Source of the DNA: an uncultured Gemmatimonadaceae bacterium
GTDB lineage: Bacteria > Gemmatimonadota > Gemmatimonadetes > Gemmatimonadales > Gemmatimonadaceae
DNA length: 64,000 nucleotides
Direction: 5' to 3'
NCBI GenBank assembly: GCA_963740355.1
Contig: CAVUDW010000002.1
Location: 832,001 to 896,000, forward strand
The notes under the pieces are model-generated. The model was not told the origin of the DNA. It made no database searches and worked only from the letters and a program-made list of their open reading frames with translations. Positions 31,175 to 42,117 of this stretch are shown here, one piece after another (within the stretch, counting starts at the first letter, position 1; the number at the start of each line of letters is the position of its first letter). The translations under genes and the position numbers were made by a program.

Positions 31175-31969
31175 TCAGTTTCCGCGAATCAACGCGGCGC
31201 CAGCGGCCGGACGATACTCGCGCAAGTACAGGTTCAGCGATCCGATCGGCAGCGACGACTTCATCTGTACCATCACCCGCGCCGAGTCGTCGGTGAGCCA
31301 GACTTGCGCCTTGCCACCTTCGCTGAACAGCCCCTTCGCCTTGATGATCGGCTGAATCACGATGGTGTTGTATTCGCCCGACGGCACCTTGATGCGCTCC
31401 TTGCGCAACACGATGATGCGCACCGGATTGCGGTCCGGCTTGAAGTAGCGCGCGAATTCGTAGGTCTGTCCAACGACCAATGGCACACGCCGCACGAAGT
31501 AGAGAAAACTGCCTTCGTCGAGTGGGTCGGCCACGCCTGGAACTTCGGGCGTCGAATCCTGCGAGAAGGTGCGGCGCTCAGGATAGAACTCGAAATGCCG
31601 CTCGCGATCCTTCGACCCTTCGGAGAGATCCTGCTTGTGGCGCAATGACAGGAATCGCGTCGTATCGATCCAGCTCTCGAGGACGTCGTTCACCTTGTAG
31701 AAAAAGGTGCCGCCACGCACGACGAATCGCACATGCAGGGCGTTGATGCCGCGCACTGGCTCATAGCCGACGGCCTCCATGAAGCCGCTGCCAACCTTCA
31801 CGGCGCTGAACTTCACGTCATAGACCAGGCGTTCGCCAACAGGCGGCACCCGCTTCGTCTCCACATCGGCAATCGGCTGCTGAACAGCCAGCGGCGACGT
31901 GGAGAGTCCGGCGGATGACGACGCAGCGAACATCAGCCCCAGCACGGAGGCAGCACGAACAAGCGGCAC
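31175..31969 (-). CDS. DUF3108 exported protein
   Basis: GERLVYDV, ERIKVPSGEY, VWLTDD; AAGGA RBS before GTG at 31969; signal-like N-terminus. Confidence 0.8.
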   Translation of the reverse strand: MPLVRAASVLGLMFAASSSAGLSTSPLAVQQPIADVETKRVPPVGERLVYDVKFSAVKVGSGFMEAVGYEPVRGINALHVRFVVRGGTFFYKVNDVLESWIDTTRFLSLRHKQDLSEGSKDRERHFEFYPERRTFSQDSTPEVPGVADPLDEGSFLYFVRRVPLVVGQTYEFARYFKPDRNPVRIIVLRKERIKVPSGEYNTIVIQPIIKAKGLFSEGGKAQVWLTDDSARVMVQMKSSLPIGSLNLYLREYRPAAGAALIRGN

Positions 31970-32000
31970 GAGCGAATTCCTTGACTGAGTGACGACAGCG

Positions 32001-33653
32001 TCACGCCGCCGGAGGCTCGGCAGCGGGAGGAGCGGCCCCGTCCGGGGTCGCCCCATCCGGACCGCCAGGACGGCGGCCACGACGGCGGCGGCGAGAGCGC
32101 CGCTTCCGACGGGCCGAGTCCGCATTCGGTTCGGCCCCTTCTGAGCCGGGCTCGACCGAATCGTGTTCATCGCCGCCGTCTTCCTGCTCACCCTCACCGT
32201 CGTCAGACGTTCCCGCGGACTGGGGCTCGCCGTCACCGATTGCTTCGCCAGTGCCCGATCCCGCTCGCTCGGCGCGATCCTTCCGCGACCGGCGTCGCCG
32301 ACGGCGCGACTTCCGTTCGCCCGCCGGCGCGGCGCCCTCAGCGCTGTCACCTGCGCCCGCTTCGTTCGCGGCGAGCAGTTCGTCCGTGAGCTCAGCCGTT
32401 TCCGTTGCATCGTCAGCGGCCGGGTTCACCTCAGCGCGACTTTCCCGTTCCGGCTGTGGCTGACGTTCCGGCCGCGGCGGGCGTGGCTCGCGCGGGGGCC
32501 GCTCGGCCCGCGGTGCCTTCTCTTCACGCGGCTCACGCGGCTCACGCGGCACCCGCTCTTCCCGCGGCTCGCGGGGCGGGCGCTCGGCGCGCGGGGCCCG
32601 CTCCTCGGTGCGCTCGGCACGGGGTGTCCGTTCGTCGGATCGCTCGGCGCGCGGTGCGCGCTCCGGGCGTTCCTCCCGTCCAGACCGTTCCTCCCGCTGG
32701 GCCCCACGTTCCTCCCGTGGCGCCGGCCGCTCGTCGCGCTGGGCGCGATCCTCACGGGCTGCCCGCCCGCCACGATCGGCTCGTCCGCCGCGCTCGCGAT
32801 CCTTCTCCGACCGATCCGGCGGACGGGTGGCGCGCTCGGTCGGGACCGGGATCACCGACGACTCCGAGGCGCGGTCGGCGCGGCCTGGTGCCTCTGGGGC
32901 AGCCTTCCCCCCGGGCACCGGGCGCTTCGCACTGCGGGCGGCGCGGGCCCAGTGAAACAGTGCCACCACGTCGGCCCAGCCACGCCGCCGTGATGCGCGC
33001 TGCCGCACGTCATACCGCGGAGCGAACTCGACGTTTTCGATGCGGCGCGCGAAGGGCGCGACATTGAGCGCAAAATCGATATTCGCGGCCCACCCCTCGC
33101 CGGAGCAGACCGGAGTGCCACCAAGCGCGCGAAGCAGGTCCCGCAGCACCGAGATCCGGACCAGCCGGAATCCCGTGAACGGATCGGCCACCGGCGGCAG
33201 GCGGAGGAAGGGCTTTACCGCCCAGCGTCCCCAACGGCGCAGGCGGCGCTCGTCGGCGGGCGTGGCGTCGGACATGGTGCGGTGGACTGCAACCAGGTCA
33301 GCGCCGCCCTCGAACCGCTTCACCAACTCGGGGAGATGCTCCGGCGACTCGGTGAAGTCACCTTGCAGCAGCACCATGGCATCGCGGCGGGCGTATTCGT
33401 CGTCCGCGGCCACGTGTCGAACCAGGGCATCGATGCTGGCGGCGTAGCCGCGATGCGCGGCACCGCGGATGACCGTGAGCGGCATGACGGACTGGTACGG
33501 CTCGAGCACTTCACCGGTCCCATCCGTGCTGGCGTCATCGTAGACGACGACGTCGTATTCCCGGGAGAAGCCCTGAAACACCGATCGGAGGCGCCACAGA
33601 AGGACGCCAATGGTGGTGGCCTCGTTGTGGACCGGGATGCAGATGCGAAGCAC
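32001..33653 (-). CDS. GT2 glycosyltransferase with a ~300-aa charged low-complexity C-terminal tail
   Basis: IPVHNEA, DDASTDGT, QGDF, DPFTGFR, then ER/PR repeats and poly-Arg blocks. Confidence 0.85.
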   Translation of the reverse strand: MLRICIPVHNEATTIGVLLWRLRSVFQGFSREYDVVVYDDASTDGTGEVLEPYQSVMPLTVIRGAAHRGYAASIDALVRHVAADDEYARRDAMVLLQGDFTESPEHLPELVKRFEGGADLVAVHRTMSDATPADERRLRRWGRWAVKPFLRLPPVADPFTGFRLVRISVLRDLLRALGGTPVCSGEGWAANIDFALNVAPFARRIENVEFAPRYDVRQRASRRRGWADVVALFHWARAARSAKRPVPGGKAAPEAPGRADRASESSVIPVPTERATRPPDRSEKDRERGGRADRGGRAAREDRAQRDERPAPREERGAQREERSGREERPERAPRAERSDERTPRAERTEERAPRAERPPREPREERVPREPREPREEKAPRAERPPREPRPPRPERQPQPERESRAEVNPAADDATETAELTDELLAANEAGAGDSAEGAAPAGERKSRRRRRRSRKDRAERAGSGTGEAIGDGEPQSAGTSDDGEGEQEDGGDEHDSVEPGSEGAEPNADSARRKRRSRRRRRGRRPGGPDGATPDGAAPPAAEPPAA

Positions 33654-33885
33654 GTCGGACGGGTGGGCGGGAACGCGAAAAGAACCAGCGCGAATCTAAC
33701 CCCCGGGGATGCCGGAAGCACACTGTCAGCACTCATGCTTCACGAGCGCTGATGCGGCACCACGCGCGTTCGCTGTTGCCGGGACGTGACAACGTGCGTC
33801 GCAGGAGTGTATCTGATTCAGAGGAAGTTGCCGATACCGATAGCGGAAGGACGCAGTCATCACGCATGCACCGAGGCGCGACGGA

Positions 33886-34617
33886 ATGATCCAGGCAGAC
33901 CTGCGACACACGCTCACCCGCGACGACGCTCAGTTGGCATTGCACCTCGTGGCGCGCGACTCACCACGTGATCGTGAGGCCGCCGAGGAGGCGCTGCGCC
34001 ACGAGGGCATCGATGCGCTGCTCGATGACACACGGCTGCTCGATGCGCTGACGGCTGATTCGCGCGCCGCGCACGCGTCGCTGCCGATGTTCGCGTATGT
34101 CGTCGTCCGTCACTCGCTGCGCGAGCTTGGGGAAGGTGAGCGCGCGGTGGCGGATTACGTGGCGAGTGTGGTGGTGCATTTCGCCGATCACGACCGTGCC
34201 TGGCGCGTGGCCGTGCATGACGATGCGACGTACGACACCCTCAGCGCGTTGCTGGCCGATGCGGAGACCGGGGATCCGAAACGCACGTTCCTCGTGCGGC
34301 AGCACCTCGCGAACTACGCGCTCTGGCTTTCGGGGTTGTTTCCCGATCACGTCACGTTGCGCAAGTGGCGCCGCGGTGGCCCCGACCTGTCGTACTACGA
34401 CGAAATGGGCCGGCAGGGCTTCCTGCTCGCGGCGGAGCATCGCATGGCGGACAGCACGGGGCTCCGGCCCGTCTTTTCGCGCGCGGCGGGGGAATTTCCG
34501 CTGATTCGGCAGGCGCTCAATCGCGTCAGCGACCGCTTGCTCTTTCCTGGGCAGCACTCGCCGGAGCGCCTGATGCGGCAGGTGAGTGACGAGGGCCGCT
34601 GGCGGCTGGCGTCGTAA
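33886..34617 (+). CDS. Hypothetical protein
   Basis: 243-aa ORF with normal composition; upstream GAGG. Confidence 0.7.
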   Translation: MIQADLRHTLTRDDAQLALHLVARDSPRDREAAEEALRHEGIDALLDDTRLLDALTADSRAAHASLPMFAYVVVRHSLRELGEGERAVADYVASVVVHFADHDRAWRVAVHDDATYDTLSALLADAETGDPKRTFLVRQHLANYALWLSGLFPDHVTLRKWRRGGPDLSYYDEMGRQGFLLAAEHRMADSTGLRPVFSRAAGEFPLIRQALNRVSDRLLFPGQHSPERLMRQVSDEGRWRLAS

Positions 34618-34736
34618 GCCGGTAGGTCGGCGTATTCGATGACGAGCCGCAACGGAAGTGGTTGCGGTGAAGCTCTCCGTGGGGGTACTCTGGCCGGATC
34701 CTGATCGTCGGTTCGGTTCCTTTACCCCGCTGCCCG

Positions 34737-35231
34737 GTGTCGTCGTTCGGCAATCCCTCTGCGCGCCGCCAGCTGGCGGAAATGAAGCACACGCTGGCAT
34801 TGGCGCGTGTCGCCCGTGATGACGTGCGCGCGGCGTACGCCGTGTCGACGCAGCGACTCGAGGCCGCTCGTACCGAGTTGGCAACTATCGTTCGCCGTGG
34901 CGAGTTGGCGCGCCAGATCGACGATCAGGAGACCGTCAGCGTCGCCGAGCGGTTCGCTGAATCGCAGCGCACCACGATTGCGGTGCTGGAGCGGAAGGTC
35001 GCGGTGCAGCACGAGGAACTGGAGCTCACCGAGCGCACGGTGAGCGAAATGGAAGCGGAGCTGCGTGGTGTGACTGGCATCGGCCCGACGCCGAGTGACG
35101 GTAGCCCGGCCTCCGGTTCCGATGCGCCGCATGTGGACGCCGCCGACTATCGACCGCTCGATGATGCCGCGCGCGCGCAGACGGCGGATGAACGCCTGGC
35201 CGAACTGAAACGAAAGATGGGACGCGCTTGA
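34737..35231 (+). CDS. Coiled-coil protein, PspA-like (start uncertain)
   Basis: Heptad-rich helix; C-terminal DERLAELKRKMG. Confidence 0.6.
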   Translation: MSSFGNPSARRQLAEMKHTLALARVARDDVRAAYAVSTQRLEAARTELATIVRRGELARQIDDQETVSVAERFAESQRTTIAVLERKVAVQHEELELTERTVSEMEAELRGVTGIGPTPSDGSPASGSDAPHVDAADYRPLDDAARAQTADERLAELKRKMGRA

Positions 35232-36931
35232 TGCGCCGCCTCGTGCTCGCCGCCGCGACGGCCTGCGCGGTGCAGTGCGGTGCGCAGTCGGTCCCCACGG
35301 ACACCGCGCTCTCTCGCTGTCTGGGTCAGCGCATCACCAAGATCTCGATCGAGCCGATGGGCCCGGAGTTCGGTGGGCGATCGAAGTCATCGGCATTCAT
35401 CACGGGGCTGGTCCGCAAGTTCCATGTCGACAGTCGCTCGCGCGTGATTCGCGAGTTCGTGCAGCTGCAGGAAGGCGGCATCTGCACCGAGATCAATCGG
35501 CGCGAGACGGAGCGTGTGCTGCGCGCCCAGTGGTTCATCCAGGATGCCCGCGTGTTGGTGTATCCGGACAAGGATGGGGTGCAGCTGATCGTTGCCACGG
35601 TGGACGAAGTGGCGATGATCGCTGGCGCCCAATTCAATGGTGCCGCGCTGAAGTCGCTCAACATCGGCAACTCGAACCTGATGGGCCGTGGCTTGCTGAT
35701 CGAGACCGGCTGGCGCAGCAACGGCCCCCTTCGCGATGGACGCACGCTGCGGATGCGATCGGCGATCACGTTCGGTCGCCCGATCCAGACCAACCTGACG
35801 TGGAATCGCTACGGGCTTGGCACGCGGGCCGATCTCGAACTCCGGTACCCGTTCCTCACCGACTTGCAGCGCTTTGGCTTCCGCAGCATCATCGGCCAGG
35901 ACGAGGATTACGTCCGCTTCTTGCGCGCGGAGGGCGACCTTCCGTATCAGCGTGTGTCGCGTACGTTCGCGTCGCTTGGCGGCGTGGCACGCATCGGCAA
36001 GCCGGGCGCGCTGTTGCTGGCTGGTGCGTCACTGAGTTATGACGGCGAAAACATCGGCTCGGCGGTAATCGTCACCGATAGCGGCGCATATCCGTTCCAG
36101 GAGGCGTTGCCTGTGCTGGCCGCGCCGCCGCAGAGCGCCACCCGCATGAACCTGCTGTTCGGCGGTCGCGCGATGCGATTCCTCCCGGTCGAAGGCTTCG
36201 ATGCGATCACCGGCGTGCAGGACCTTCGTATCGGGGTGCAGTTTGGTGGGCAATTCGGGCGACCGGTGAAGCTGAGCGGCATCGCCACCAACGACTATTT
36301 CCTGTCGGGTGACATTTACGGCGGGTGGGGCACGCAGCGCGGGTTCATCGGGAGCGAGTGGGTGTTCTCGGGCCGCAAGTCGAATCGAGGCGGTTGGGAC
36401 GGGCGGCTGATCAGCGGTCGCACCGCAGCGTACCTCAAGCCGACGAAGAAATCGACCAGTATCGCATCCGTCGAGTTCACCGGCGGCAACGACGTGCGCG
36501 TGCCGTTCCAGGTTCCCCTCGGCGCAACGCGATTTGGTGTGCGCGGTTTCGGTGAGTCATATGATGCCGGCAGCAGTCGCGTCATCTTGCGCGGCGAGCA
36601 GCGCCAGGCGCTGGGGCGGCCGTGGGGATTTGCCGACATCGGCGCGGTGGTCTTCACCGAAACGGGCAAGTTGTGGGCGGGCAAGGTGCCGTACGGTGTC
36701 GAGACGCCGTGGCGGTCGTCGATCGGCACCGGTGTGCTGCTCTCAGTGCCGCCCCGTTCGCGCCGTATGTATCGGCTCGATATCGCCTACGGGCTGAACC
36801 CGGACATCCGCTCGAAACACTGGGAAGTCCGCGTCGCGTCGGGCGACTTCACGCGCTACTTCTGGCAGGACCCGGACGAATCCCGACGGGCCCGCGAGCG
36901 GTCGCTGGTGTCGAACCTGTTCCAGTTCTAG
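35231..36931 (+). CDS. BamA/TamA-like outer-membrane protein (POTRA plus beta-barrel)
   Basis: Signal peptide, ETERVLR POTRA motif, GVRGF, amphipathic strands, terminal Phe. Confidence 0.7.
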   Translation: MRRLVLAAATACAVQCGAQSVPTDTALSRCLGQRITKISIEPMGPEFGGRSKSSAFITGLVRKFHVDSRSRVIREFVQLQEGGICTEINRRETERVLRAQWFIQDARVLVYPDKDGVQLIVATVDEVAMIAGAQFNGAALKSLNIGNSNLMGRGLLIETGWRSNGPLRDGRTLRMRSAITFGRPIQTNLTWNRYGLGTRADLELRYPFLTDLQRFGFRSIIGQDEDYVRFLRAEGDLPYQRVSRTFASLGGVARIGKPGALLLAGASLSYDGENIGSAVIVTDSGAYPFQEALPVLAAPPQSATRMNLLFGGRAMRFLPVEGFDAITGVQDLRIGVQFGGQFGRPVKLSGIATNDYFLSGDIYGGWGTQRGFIGSEWVFSGRKSNRGGWDGRLISGRTAAYLKPTKKSTSIASVEFTGGNDVRVPFQVPLGATRFGVRGFGESYDAGSSRVILRGEQRQALGRPWGFADIGAVVFTETGKLWAGKVPYGVETPWRSSIGTGVLLSVPPRSRRMYRLDIAYGLNPDIRSKHWEVRVASGDFTRYFWQDPDESRRARERSLVSNLFQF

Positions 36932-37279
36932 CGCGCGCTGTCCTCTCGTCTTGACCGGGTGAGCTGCGAACACGTGCGCGACTCGGTTCGCGGCTGAGCT
37001 CCCCGCTTCGCGCCCACTGGTTCATCGTAGCGTCGACGCGCTCCGAACGTCTACGGCACAGCCTGTTCCGTGTGTCAGGTATTGCCCGCCATCCGCCAGC
37101 TGTGCACCCGAGTATTTGTACTGTGTCGTGTGCTATTCGCATCGCCACGCGACACTCTGCTCGTGCGGGGAACGCCTTCACTTGTGCGCCGTCAAACTGA
37201 CGCGTAGCTGATCAGGTTCCCTCGACGACACCACATGACTGCACGAGTTGCGGCGGTCTTTCTCATCTGGAGCGACATC

Positions 37280-37672
37280 ATGCATGGATACGTGAAGAAC
37301 ATCGGCGCGATCGCCGAGTCGAACGCCGACTTTCGGCAGGTGCTCTATACCGCCAAGCACTCCCAGCTGGTCGTGATGTCGATACCAGTCGGCGGCGAGA
37401 TCGGGAGTGAAGTGCACAAGCTCGACCAGTTCTTCCGCGTCGAGTCGGGGACTGGCGCCGCCATTCTCGATGGCGTCACCACTCCCGTCTCCGAAGGATT
37501 CGCGATCCTGATCCCGGCGGGGACCACGCACAACATCATCAACTCCGGCACCGCAGACCTCAAGCTGTATACCCTGTATTCGCCGCCGAACCATCGCGAC
37601 GGCGTGCGACATCACACCCGGGCCGATGCGGAAGCCGACACGGAACACTTCGACGGAAAGACAACCGAGTGA
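37280..37672 (+). CDS. Cupin domain protein
   Basis: FRQVLYT, EIGSEVH..DQFFR.E.G, IPAGTTHN, KLYTLYSPPNH. Confidence 0.9.
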   Translation: MHGYVKNIGAIAESNADFRQVLYTAKHSQLVVMSIPVGGEIGSEVHKLDQFFRVESGTGAAILDGVTTPVSEGFAILIPAGTTHNIINSGTADLKLYTLYSPPNHRDGVRHHTRADAEADTEHFDGKTTE

Positions 37673-37699
37673 GCGAGAGTGTCACCGGTCAGCGAGCAC

Positions 37700-39325
37700 T
37701 CAGCGCTCGCTGACCGGAAGCTGCGGCTCCGCGATGTACGTTGCGGGCAGCGTGCCCGTGAGTGTGCCGAGCCACGCGCGGATGTTTGCCACCCTGGCGG
37801 CATCCAGTTCGATGCCAAGCTGATGACGTCCCATGAGGACGATCACGCTGTCCAGTGACGCCACTGAGCCATCGTGGAAGTAGGGCGCCGTCTTCTCGAC
37901 GTTGCGGAGCGACGGCACCTTGAACACGAACCGATCGGCCGCCTGATGGGTGACGGCAATCCGCCCACTATCCGCGGTCGTTGGCCACGGCTTGACCTGG
38001 CCGAGTCGGCGGTACATCTGGCCTCCTACGAAGGCACCGTTGTGGCAGCTCGCACACCCCGTGCGCACGAAGGTTGCTGCCCCTTCTCGCTCGGCGAGCG
38101 TCAACACCGTGGTGTCGCCCGCGAGGTATGCATCCCAGCGAGACGGCGTGACGAGCCCACGCTCGAAGGCTCCGATCGCACGGCCGACGTTGTCATAGTT
38201 GATCGGCGCGCCTTGTCCCGGAAATGCTGCAGCGAACAACGCACGATACGACGCCGATGCACGCAAATGTGCAAGCACAGCCTCCGAGTTGACCATTCCC
38301 ATCTCGACCGGGTTGAGGATCGGCCCCTTCGCCTGCTCCTCGACATCCACCGCCCGCCCATCCCAGAACTGGGCGACGTGGCCAGCGGCATTGTAAACCG
38401 TCGGTGCATTGCGGCCACCCACATGCCCAACGCTGCCGAAGCTTACCTGCCGGCCGTCAGCGCCGTATCCGTTCAGCGCGTGACAGCTGTTGCATGAGAC
38501 ATCGTGCCCGTTCGAGAGCAAAGTTTCGTAGAACAGGCGACGTCCCAACGTCACCTCGGCGATGCTTGGAATGCGACCTGGTGCTGCCATCACGGTGGGA
38601 AGCACGCCGAACATCGCCAGTTCGGCGCGCGTGAGCAGCACGGGATGTGCCGAGCCCTCCACGACGCTCGCGGAGCGCTCTGCTGCACTGTCGGCTGCTG
38701 CTTGCGGCGGAGGCGCTGCGCGCCCGCACGCGACGATTGTGGCTGCGACCACGACTGGCCGCACGATGCCAGGTGCGACGCCAAGTGGTCGCCGCCACAT
38801 GCGAAGGATCAACAGCAGTGCGACGGCGCAGGTCGCCGCTACGACCAGCCCCGACGACGGGATGGCCAGCCACGACAGCGATTCCTTCGCCGCTCCGGTG
38901 CTGCCAAGTGCCGGCGCACGCGAACCGGCCCACACCCAGAACACCGAGTACCCGAGGCCGCCGGCGCCGGCACCGAGGCTGATCACGCGCGCAAACAGTG
39001 GGCGAATACCGAGAAGGACCACGATCAGTGAGAGGGCGACTGCCGTCGTGCCGAGTGCGCCTGCATGCAGGTGTGATCGCTGCATGTACACCCACGACTT
39101 CGCCAGAACCGCCTTGATCGCGGCCGCATCACCGTTGTAGACCGCTGCCGGCGCGGCAGCCGCTGACGCTGCGAGGCGCGATGTGATCGCCTCCTCGTTC
39201 AGCCCGAACACCACACCCAATCCGAAACCCAGCAGCAAGGTCAGTGTGGCGAGCAGCAGACCTGGAAGAACCGCATGCAACAGCTCGTCACTGAAACGTG
39301 ACGAGGGAAGACTCGACGTACTCAT
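37700..39325 (-). CDS. Di-heme cytochrome c peroxidase fused to an N-terminal ~4-TM membrane domain
   Basis: CNSCH and CASCH, RNAPTVYNA, QFWDGRA, FKVPSLRNV..TAPYFHDG; hydrophobic N-terminal ~180 aa containing HLHAG. Confidence 0.85.
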   Translation of the reverse strand: MSTSSLPSSRFSDELLHAVLPGLLLATLTLLLGFGLGVVFGLNEEAITSRLAASAAAAPAAVYNGDAAAIKAVLAKSWVYMQRSHLHAGALGTTAVALSLIVVLLGIRPLFARVISLGAGAGGLGYSVFWVWAGSRAPALGSTGAAKESLSWLAIPSSGLVVAATCAVALLLILRMWRRPLGVAPGIVRPVVVAATIVACGRAAPPPQAAADSAAERSASVVEGSAHPVLLTRAELAMFGVLPTVMAAPGRIPSIAEVTLGRRLFYETLLSNGHDVSCNSCHALNGYGADGRQVSFGSVGHVGGRNAPTVYNAAGHVAQFWDGRAVDVEEQAKGPILNPVEMGMVNSEAVLAHLRASASYRALFAAAFPGQGAPINYDNVGRAIGAFERGLVTPSRWDAYLAGDTTVLTLAEREGAATFVRTGCASCHNGAFVGGQMYRRLGQVKPWPTTADSGRIAVTHQAADRFVFKVPSLRNVEKTAPYFHDGSVASLDSVIVLMGRHQLGIELDAARVANIRAWLGTLTGTLPATYIAEPQLPVSER

Positions 39326-39496
39326 GAGCGCACTCTGTGCCAGATGGCACGTGATGGGAGACATACAGGACCGAATCGTTCTGTGTACAGCCGATCCCCC
39401 GTCTCGCAGTGTGGTACATCACGCAGCTGAACTCAATGGCGCGCGATGCTGACCACCCTACAGTTCGCCATCACACTCAGCCACTGACTTCTGCGC

Positions 39497-41053
39497 TCAT
39501 GCGTCCGGTATGCTCTTCGTGAGGCGGCGCAACAGCGGCACACACAACAGCATCACCAGCCCAGCGCCCCACGCGGTTGCCGTGGGAATGGTGAAGAAGC
39601 TGGCGCGACTCGGCACGGTCTCGATCAGGCCGGCCATGAAGCCGCCCAGATAGCTCGCCGCACCAATCGAAAGGAACCACGCACCCATCAGCAGCGACAC
39701 GAATTGCGGCGGTGCCACTTTCGTGACGTAGCTCAAACCGACTGGCGAGAGAAACAATTCGCCAACGCTGTGACAGAAATACGCGCCGATGAGGAACCAC
39801 GGGCCAACCTTGCTCCCCGCATCGACATCACGACCGGCGAAGATCAGCAGGAAGAAACCAAGGCCGCCGAAAAAGAGGCCCCAGACCATCTTCATGCTGG
39901 TGGACGGCTCCAGCTTCCGCTTCTGCAGCATCGCCCAGAAGAACGCAGCAGTCGGCGAGAGCAGGATGATGAACATCGGCTGTACACTCTGGAACCAGCT
40001 GGCCGGAATGATGTCCATGCCGAACAGCCCCGCGCCAACGGTGCGATCGGTGTCCTTGTCGGCGAAGATCGTGAGCGAGCTGCCGGCCTGCTCGAAGACC
40101 AGCCAGAAGAACATCACGAAGAAGCAGACCGTGGTCAGTGCATAGACGCGCTTGCGTTCCTCACCCTGCGTGCCGAGGATCGCCACTGCGAAGGCGCCAC
40201 CGATGATGATGCCGAAGGTGAGCGTCATGATGCCGCTGCCGGAGAAGAGCCATGGCGCCAGGCCCATGTCCCGCCACGACGGACTACCAGCCATCACCGC
40301 GACGATCACGCCACCCAGCGCACCGATGGTGGCATTGCGACCGTTCGACTGGGTGCCCAGCTCTCCAATTTCCGCGTTCACTTCCGCGTCGCGCGTGTGC
40401 GCAGGCGCGAGCCCGATGCCTGGCAGGTACCGATCGCGGCCCCAGAGAAAGGTGATCACGCCCAGCGTCATGCCGACGCCGGCGGCGGCAAAGCCGTAGT
40501 GCCAGCCGAACCGCGGGCTCTCCGCGAGATAACCGCACACCAGCGGCGCGATGAATGAGCCGAGGTTGATGCCGGTGTAGAAGATCGTGAAGCCGACGTC
40601 GCGACGCTGGTCGCCGGGTTCGTACATCTGCCCAACCATCGTCGAGACGTTGGGCTTGAAGAAGCCAGTGCCGATCACGATCAATGCCAGGCCGGAGTAG
40701 AAAAACGGCATGGTCTCGAACGCGAGCAGGAAATGGCCGGCGGCGATCGTCAGTCCGCCGATGACCAGTGATCGTCGTGTGCCAAGCACACGATCGGCGA
40801 TGTAGCCACCGATCAGCGGCGTGAGCCAGACGAGTCCAGTGTACGTGCCGTACAACCGCGTGGCTTGTTGCCCCGTCCAGCCGATGCCGTTGATCAGGTA
40901 CAAGACAAGGATCGCGCGCATCCCGTAGTAGGAAAAGCGCTCCCACATCTCGCACATGAACAGCAGGCCGAGGCCGCGCGGGTGGCCGAAGAAGGCGCGA
41001 TCGTCGAGTGCGGTCGAGGCGCGGGGGGGAGCGGCGCCGGCTGGTGGGGTCAC
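39497..41053 (-). CDS. POT/PTR proton-dependent oligopeptide transporter (MFS)
   Basis: FFGHPRGL, EMWERFSYYGM (ExxERFxYY), GTGFFKPN. Confidence 0.93.
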   Translation of the reverse strand: MTPPAGAAPPRASTALDDRAFFGHPRGLGLLFMCEMWERFSYYGMRAILVLYLINGIGWTGQQATRLYGTYTGLVWLTPLIGGYIADRVLGTRRSLVIGGLTIAAGHFLLAFETMPFFYSGLALIVIGTGFFKPNVSTMVGQMYEPGDQRRDVGFTIFYTGINLGSFIAPLVCGYLAESPRFGWHYGFAAAGVGMTLGVITFLWGRDRYLPGIGLAPAHTRDAEVNAEIGELGTQSNGRNATIGALGGVIVAVMAGSPSWRDMGLAPWLFSGSGIMTLTFGIIIGGAFAVAILGTQGEERKRVYALTTVCFFVMFFWLVFEQAGSSLTIFADKDTDRTVGAGLFGMDIIPASWFQSVQPMFIILLSPTAAFFWAMLQKRKLEPSTSMKMVWGLFFGGLGFFLLIFAGRDVDAGSKVGPWFLIGAYFCHSVGELFLSPVGLSYVTKVAPPQFVSLLMGAWFLSIGAASYLGGFMAGLIETVPSRASFFTIPTATAWGAGLVMLLCVPLLRRLTKSIPDA

Positions 41054-41058
41054 GGCTA

Positions 41059-42117
41059 TCAGGTCACGGGAGAAACAGCGATGCGACGGCTGCGGAGTGC
41101 AGCGGCGGGAAGGAAGAAGTCGGTCGAGTGAGCGGGTTGCTTGATGCAGGCAGCCCAATGCCCAGGCGCCTTTTCCTCGAGCGGCGGCACCGTCTGCGTG
41201 CAGGCGGCGTCCTTGTCCGGATGAAAACATCGCGGGTGAAAGACGCACCCACTCGGTGGATTGGCCGGTGATGGCGGATCGCCTTCGAGCACGATGCGGT
41301 CGCGCGGCGCGAGTGGATCTGGCAGCGGAATCGCCGACAACAGCGCCTGCGTGTACGGCATGATCGGCGCGGCGAACAACACCTCGGCCGTGGCCAGCTC
41401 CACGATGCGCCCGAGGTACATCACGGCCACGCGCGTCGCGAGATGTTCGACGACACCCAGGTCGTGCGCGATGAAGAGGTAGGTCAGCCCGCGATCGCGT
41501 TGCAGATCCTGCAGCAGGTTGATCACCTGTGCCTGCACCGACACATCGAGGGCCGAGACCGGCTCGTCGAGCACGATGAACTTCGGCTCGACCGCCAAGG
41601 CACGCGCGATGCCGACACGCTGGCGCTGGCCGCCGGAGAACTCGTGCGGATAGCGCCGCGTCCACTCAGGGCGCAGGCCGACTTCATCGAGCAGCGACTG
41701 TACTCGCTTGTCGGCCGCTGCCCCTTCGGCGAGTTCATGGATGATCAATCCTTCCTTCACGGTATCGCCGATCGTCATGCGCGGATTGAGCGACGCGTAT
41801 GGATCTTGAAAGACCAGCTGGATGTGGCGCCGCATCTTCCGCAACTCGGCGCCGCGCAACGTGCGCAGGTCCACACCATCGAAGGTGATGCTGCCGGTCG
41901 TGGGCTCGATGAGGCGCAGGATGCAGCGGCCCGTGGTCGTCTTGCCACAACCCGATTCGCCGACCACGGCCAGCGTTTCACCGGCTGACACGTCGAACGA
42001 CACGTCGGCTACCGCGCGCACGTTTCCCTGGACGCGGTTGAGGATGCCGCCGCGAATCGGAAATTCCTTCGACAATCCCTTCACGCTCAGCAATGGCGCT
42101 TTGGTCGGCGTGGTCAC
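41059..42117 (-). CDS. Dipeptide/oligopeptide ABC ATPase (DppF/OppF)
   Basis: [25 protein letters not shown]-terminal GCVFHPRC. Confidence 0.93.
   Translation of the reverse strand: MTTPTKAPLLSVKGLSKEFPIRGGILNRVQGNVRAVADVSFDVSAGETLAVVGESGCGKTTTGRCILRLIEPTTGSITFDGVDLRTLRGAELRKMRRHIQLVFQDPYASLNPRMTIGDTVKEGLIIHELAEGAAADKRVQSLLDEVGLRPEWTRRYPHEFSGGQRQRVGIARALAVEPKFIVLDEPVSALDVSVQAQVINLLQDLQRDRGLTYLFIAHDLGVVEHLATRVAVMYLGRIVELATAEVLFAAPIMPYTQALLSAIPLPDPLAPRDRIVLEGDPPSPANPPSGCVFHPRCFHPDKDAACTQTVPPLEEKAPGHWAACIKQPAHSTDFFLPAAALRSRRIAVSPVT

Noticed and set aside
36932..37279. Possible tRNA or ncRNA in the intergenic gap
   Set aside because: No cloverleaf, TpsiC arm or recognisable RNA family motif could be supported by eye
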